This document shows positions 62,661 through 64,000 of a stretch of DNA of 64,000 nt, piece after piece. The DNA is from Octopus sinensis (lineage: Eukaryota), in assembly GCF_006345805.1 (NCBI RefSeq), contig NW_021833075.1, positions 19,789 to 83,788 on the forward strand. Direction: 5' to 3'. The position numbers and the translations under genes were made by a program. The stretch's first letter is position 1. Each line of letters starts with the position of its first letter. The notes beneath the pieces are model-generated. The model saw nothing but the letters and a program-made list of their open reading frames with translations, searched no databases and was not told the origin of the DNA.

Positions 62661-63231
62661 CTATGCGTGTGCGTATGTGTGTGTATGAGTGTATACGTGT
62701 GTGTGTATGTATGTTATATGTACACACACACATACATACTTGTGTGACATGTTTCAAAAAAAGCTTAGCCATTACTCGCTAGTGAGTGTATCCTGGCAGC
62801 TTGTACTAAGCTGTCACAAGTTTTAGGTGCTTTTGTAGTCGAGAACAGACATAGCTCCCCTCTCGATCCTCCCATACTTGATCCTGCAGAAATTCATGGA
62901 GGTGCTAGTTTGAGGTTGAAAGAGTCGCATCAATAGTCGGATGATATTCGCTTTCAAACAAGTGCACTAGAGTCATATAAAATAAAACTTCTTGCTCTAA
63001 GACACAATGCACCGATTGAGGAATTAAATCCACCATCTTACGATCGAAAGATCAATACCCCAACCTCTAGAGTGCTAGAATCATTGAAATAGATGTTAAA
63101 ATCACCTTAATTCAGGTGTGGAATCTTTCGTTTCCTGTTAAGAGAAAACTACTTTCTCTCACAAAATTACAGTTTATAGCTCTTCCAATAATCAACAAAT
63201 GGCTGATAAGCCCATAATATATGATGCAATA

Positions 63232-63415
63232 GAAGGGACAGACAAAGGGATTAAGTCAATTACATAGACTCCAGTGCGTAACTGGTACTTAATTTATCGA
63301 CCCCGAAAGGATGAAAGGCAAAGTCGACCTCGGCGGAATGTGAACTCACAACGTAACGGCAGACGAAATACGGCTACGCATTTCGCCCGGCGTGCTAACG
63401 TTTCTGCCAGCTCGA
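63232..63415 (-). mobile_element. SINE family B, partial
   Basis: GGGACAGACAAAGGGATTAAGTC...GCTAACGTTTCTGCCAGCTCG. Confidence 0.85.
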
Positions 63416-63834
63416 GATAAAGGGTTGGATTGAAAAGGGATGGGTTCAGACTTGAAAGATCATAGGAAAGATAAGCTATTGATAAGATGCCCCCAAAGAT
63501 TTTATGCTGTACTAAACATCAATGCTCAGCAGGCAGTAGGCATTTTTCTGTCAACTTTGACCCTAAATCTCTTTACGGTCAATTTTGGTGATACCAGTGT
63601 CGAGCAGTATATAGGAAATTTGGGCGCCATAGTTAACACAGGTGATGTGCTATTATTACAACTATATGTCCTTGGTTTAGGCTGAAATTTTGACATCAAA
63701 GTGTAAGGGAATCTCATTTCAGTTGCTGAGTGTATTTACAATAGTGTATACATGATAGCAGTGTTCTAATGCGCACATACATACACATATCAAATGATAT
63801 TTCTAAAATAGATAGATAGATAGATAGATAGAGG

Positions 63835-63870
<36 letters not shown>

Positions 63871-64000
63871 TGTTTCTTTATTAGCCACACAGGGCTGCAC
63901 ACAGATAGAACAAATTACAAGGTAGAGCTTTTCTTTTGAAGGTTTAAAAAAAAAAAAAAAAAATAAAAAAAAAAAAAAAAAAAATAAATAAAATAAAATA

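Overview
Eukaryotic, very AT-rich, microsatellite-dense DNA made mostly of transposable elements. The SINE families and repeat load look like an octopus (coleoid cephalopod) genome; this is inferred from recall and not database-checked. No intact, confidently identifiable host protein-coding gene, rRNA, true tRNA gene or CRISPR array is present, and most ORF-track entries are translations of microsatellites or SINEs. Supported content: (i) three tRNA-derived SINE families, called A, B and C here, with B forming modular head-to-tail concatemers; (ii) four 3' fragments of R4/Dong-type RLE non-LTR retrotransposons in (TAA)n tracts, three of them stacked; (iii) a HERO-type RLE fragment and a decayed CR1-group LINE; (iv) two Penelope-like elements (PLEs) with GIY-YIG endonuclease sequence, one near full length and flanked by (TA)n; (v) three defective mariners; (vi) four copies of a non-autonomous Helitron; (vii) foldback/MITE-like palindromes and a local inverted duplication. 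The most interesting signal, read by hand, is a set of type I hammerhead ribozyme motifs. Three lie within about 630 bp on the minus strand downstream of the PLE ORF (59.49-60.12 kb). One of these has a compensatory U3:A8 core and a palindromic stem III. A fourth lies at 30.6 kb. There is also weak, unconfirmed evidence for a minus-strand spliced transcript (CCAAT/CpG-rich island at 56.6 kb, candidate exons at 39.2-28.2 kb). Boundaries of decayed elements are approximate.
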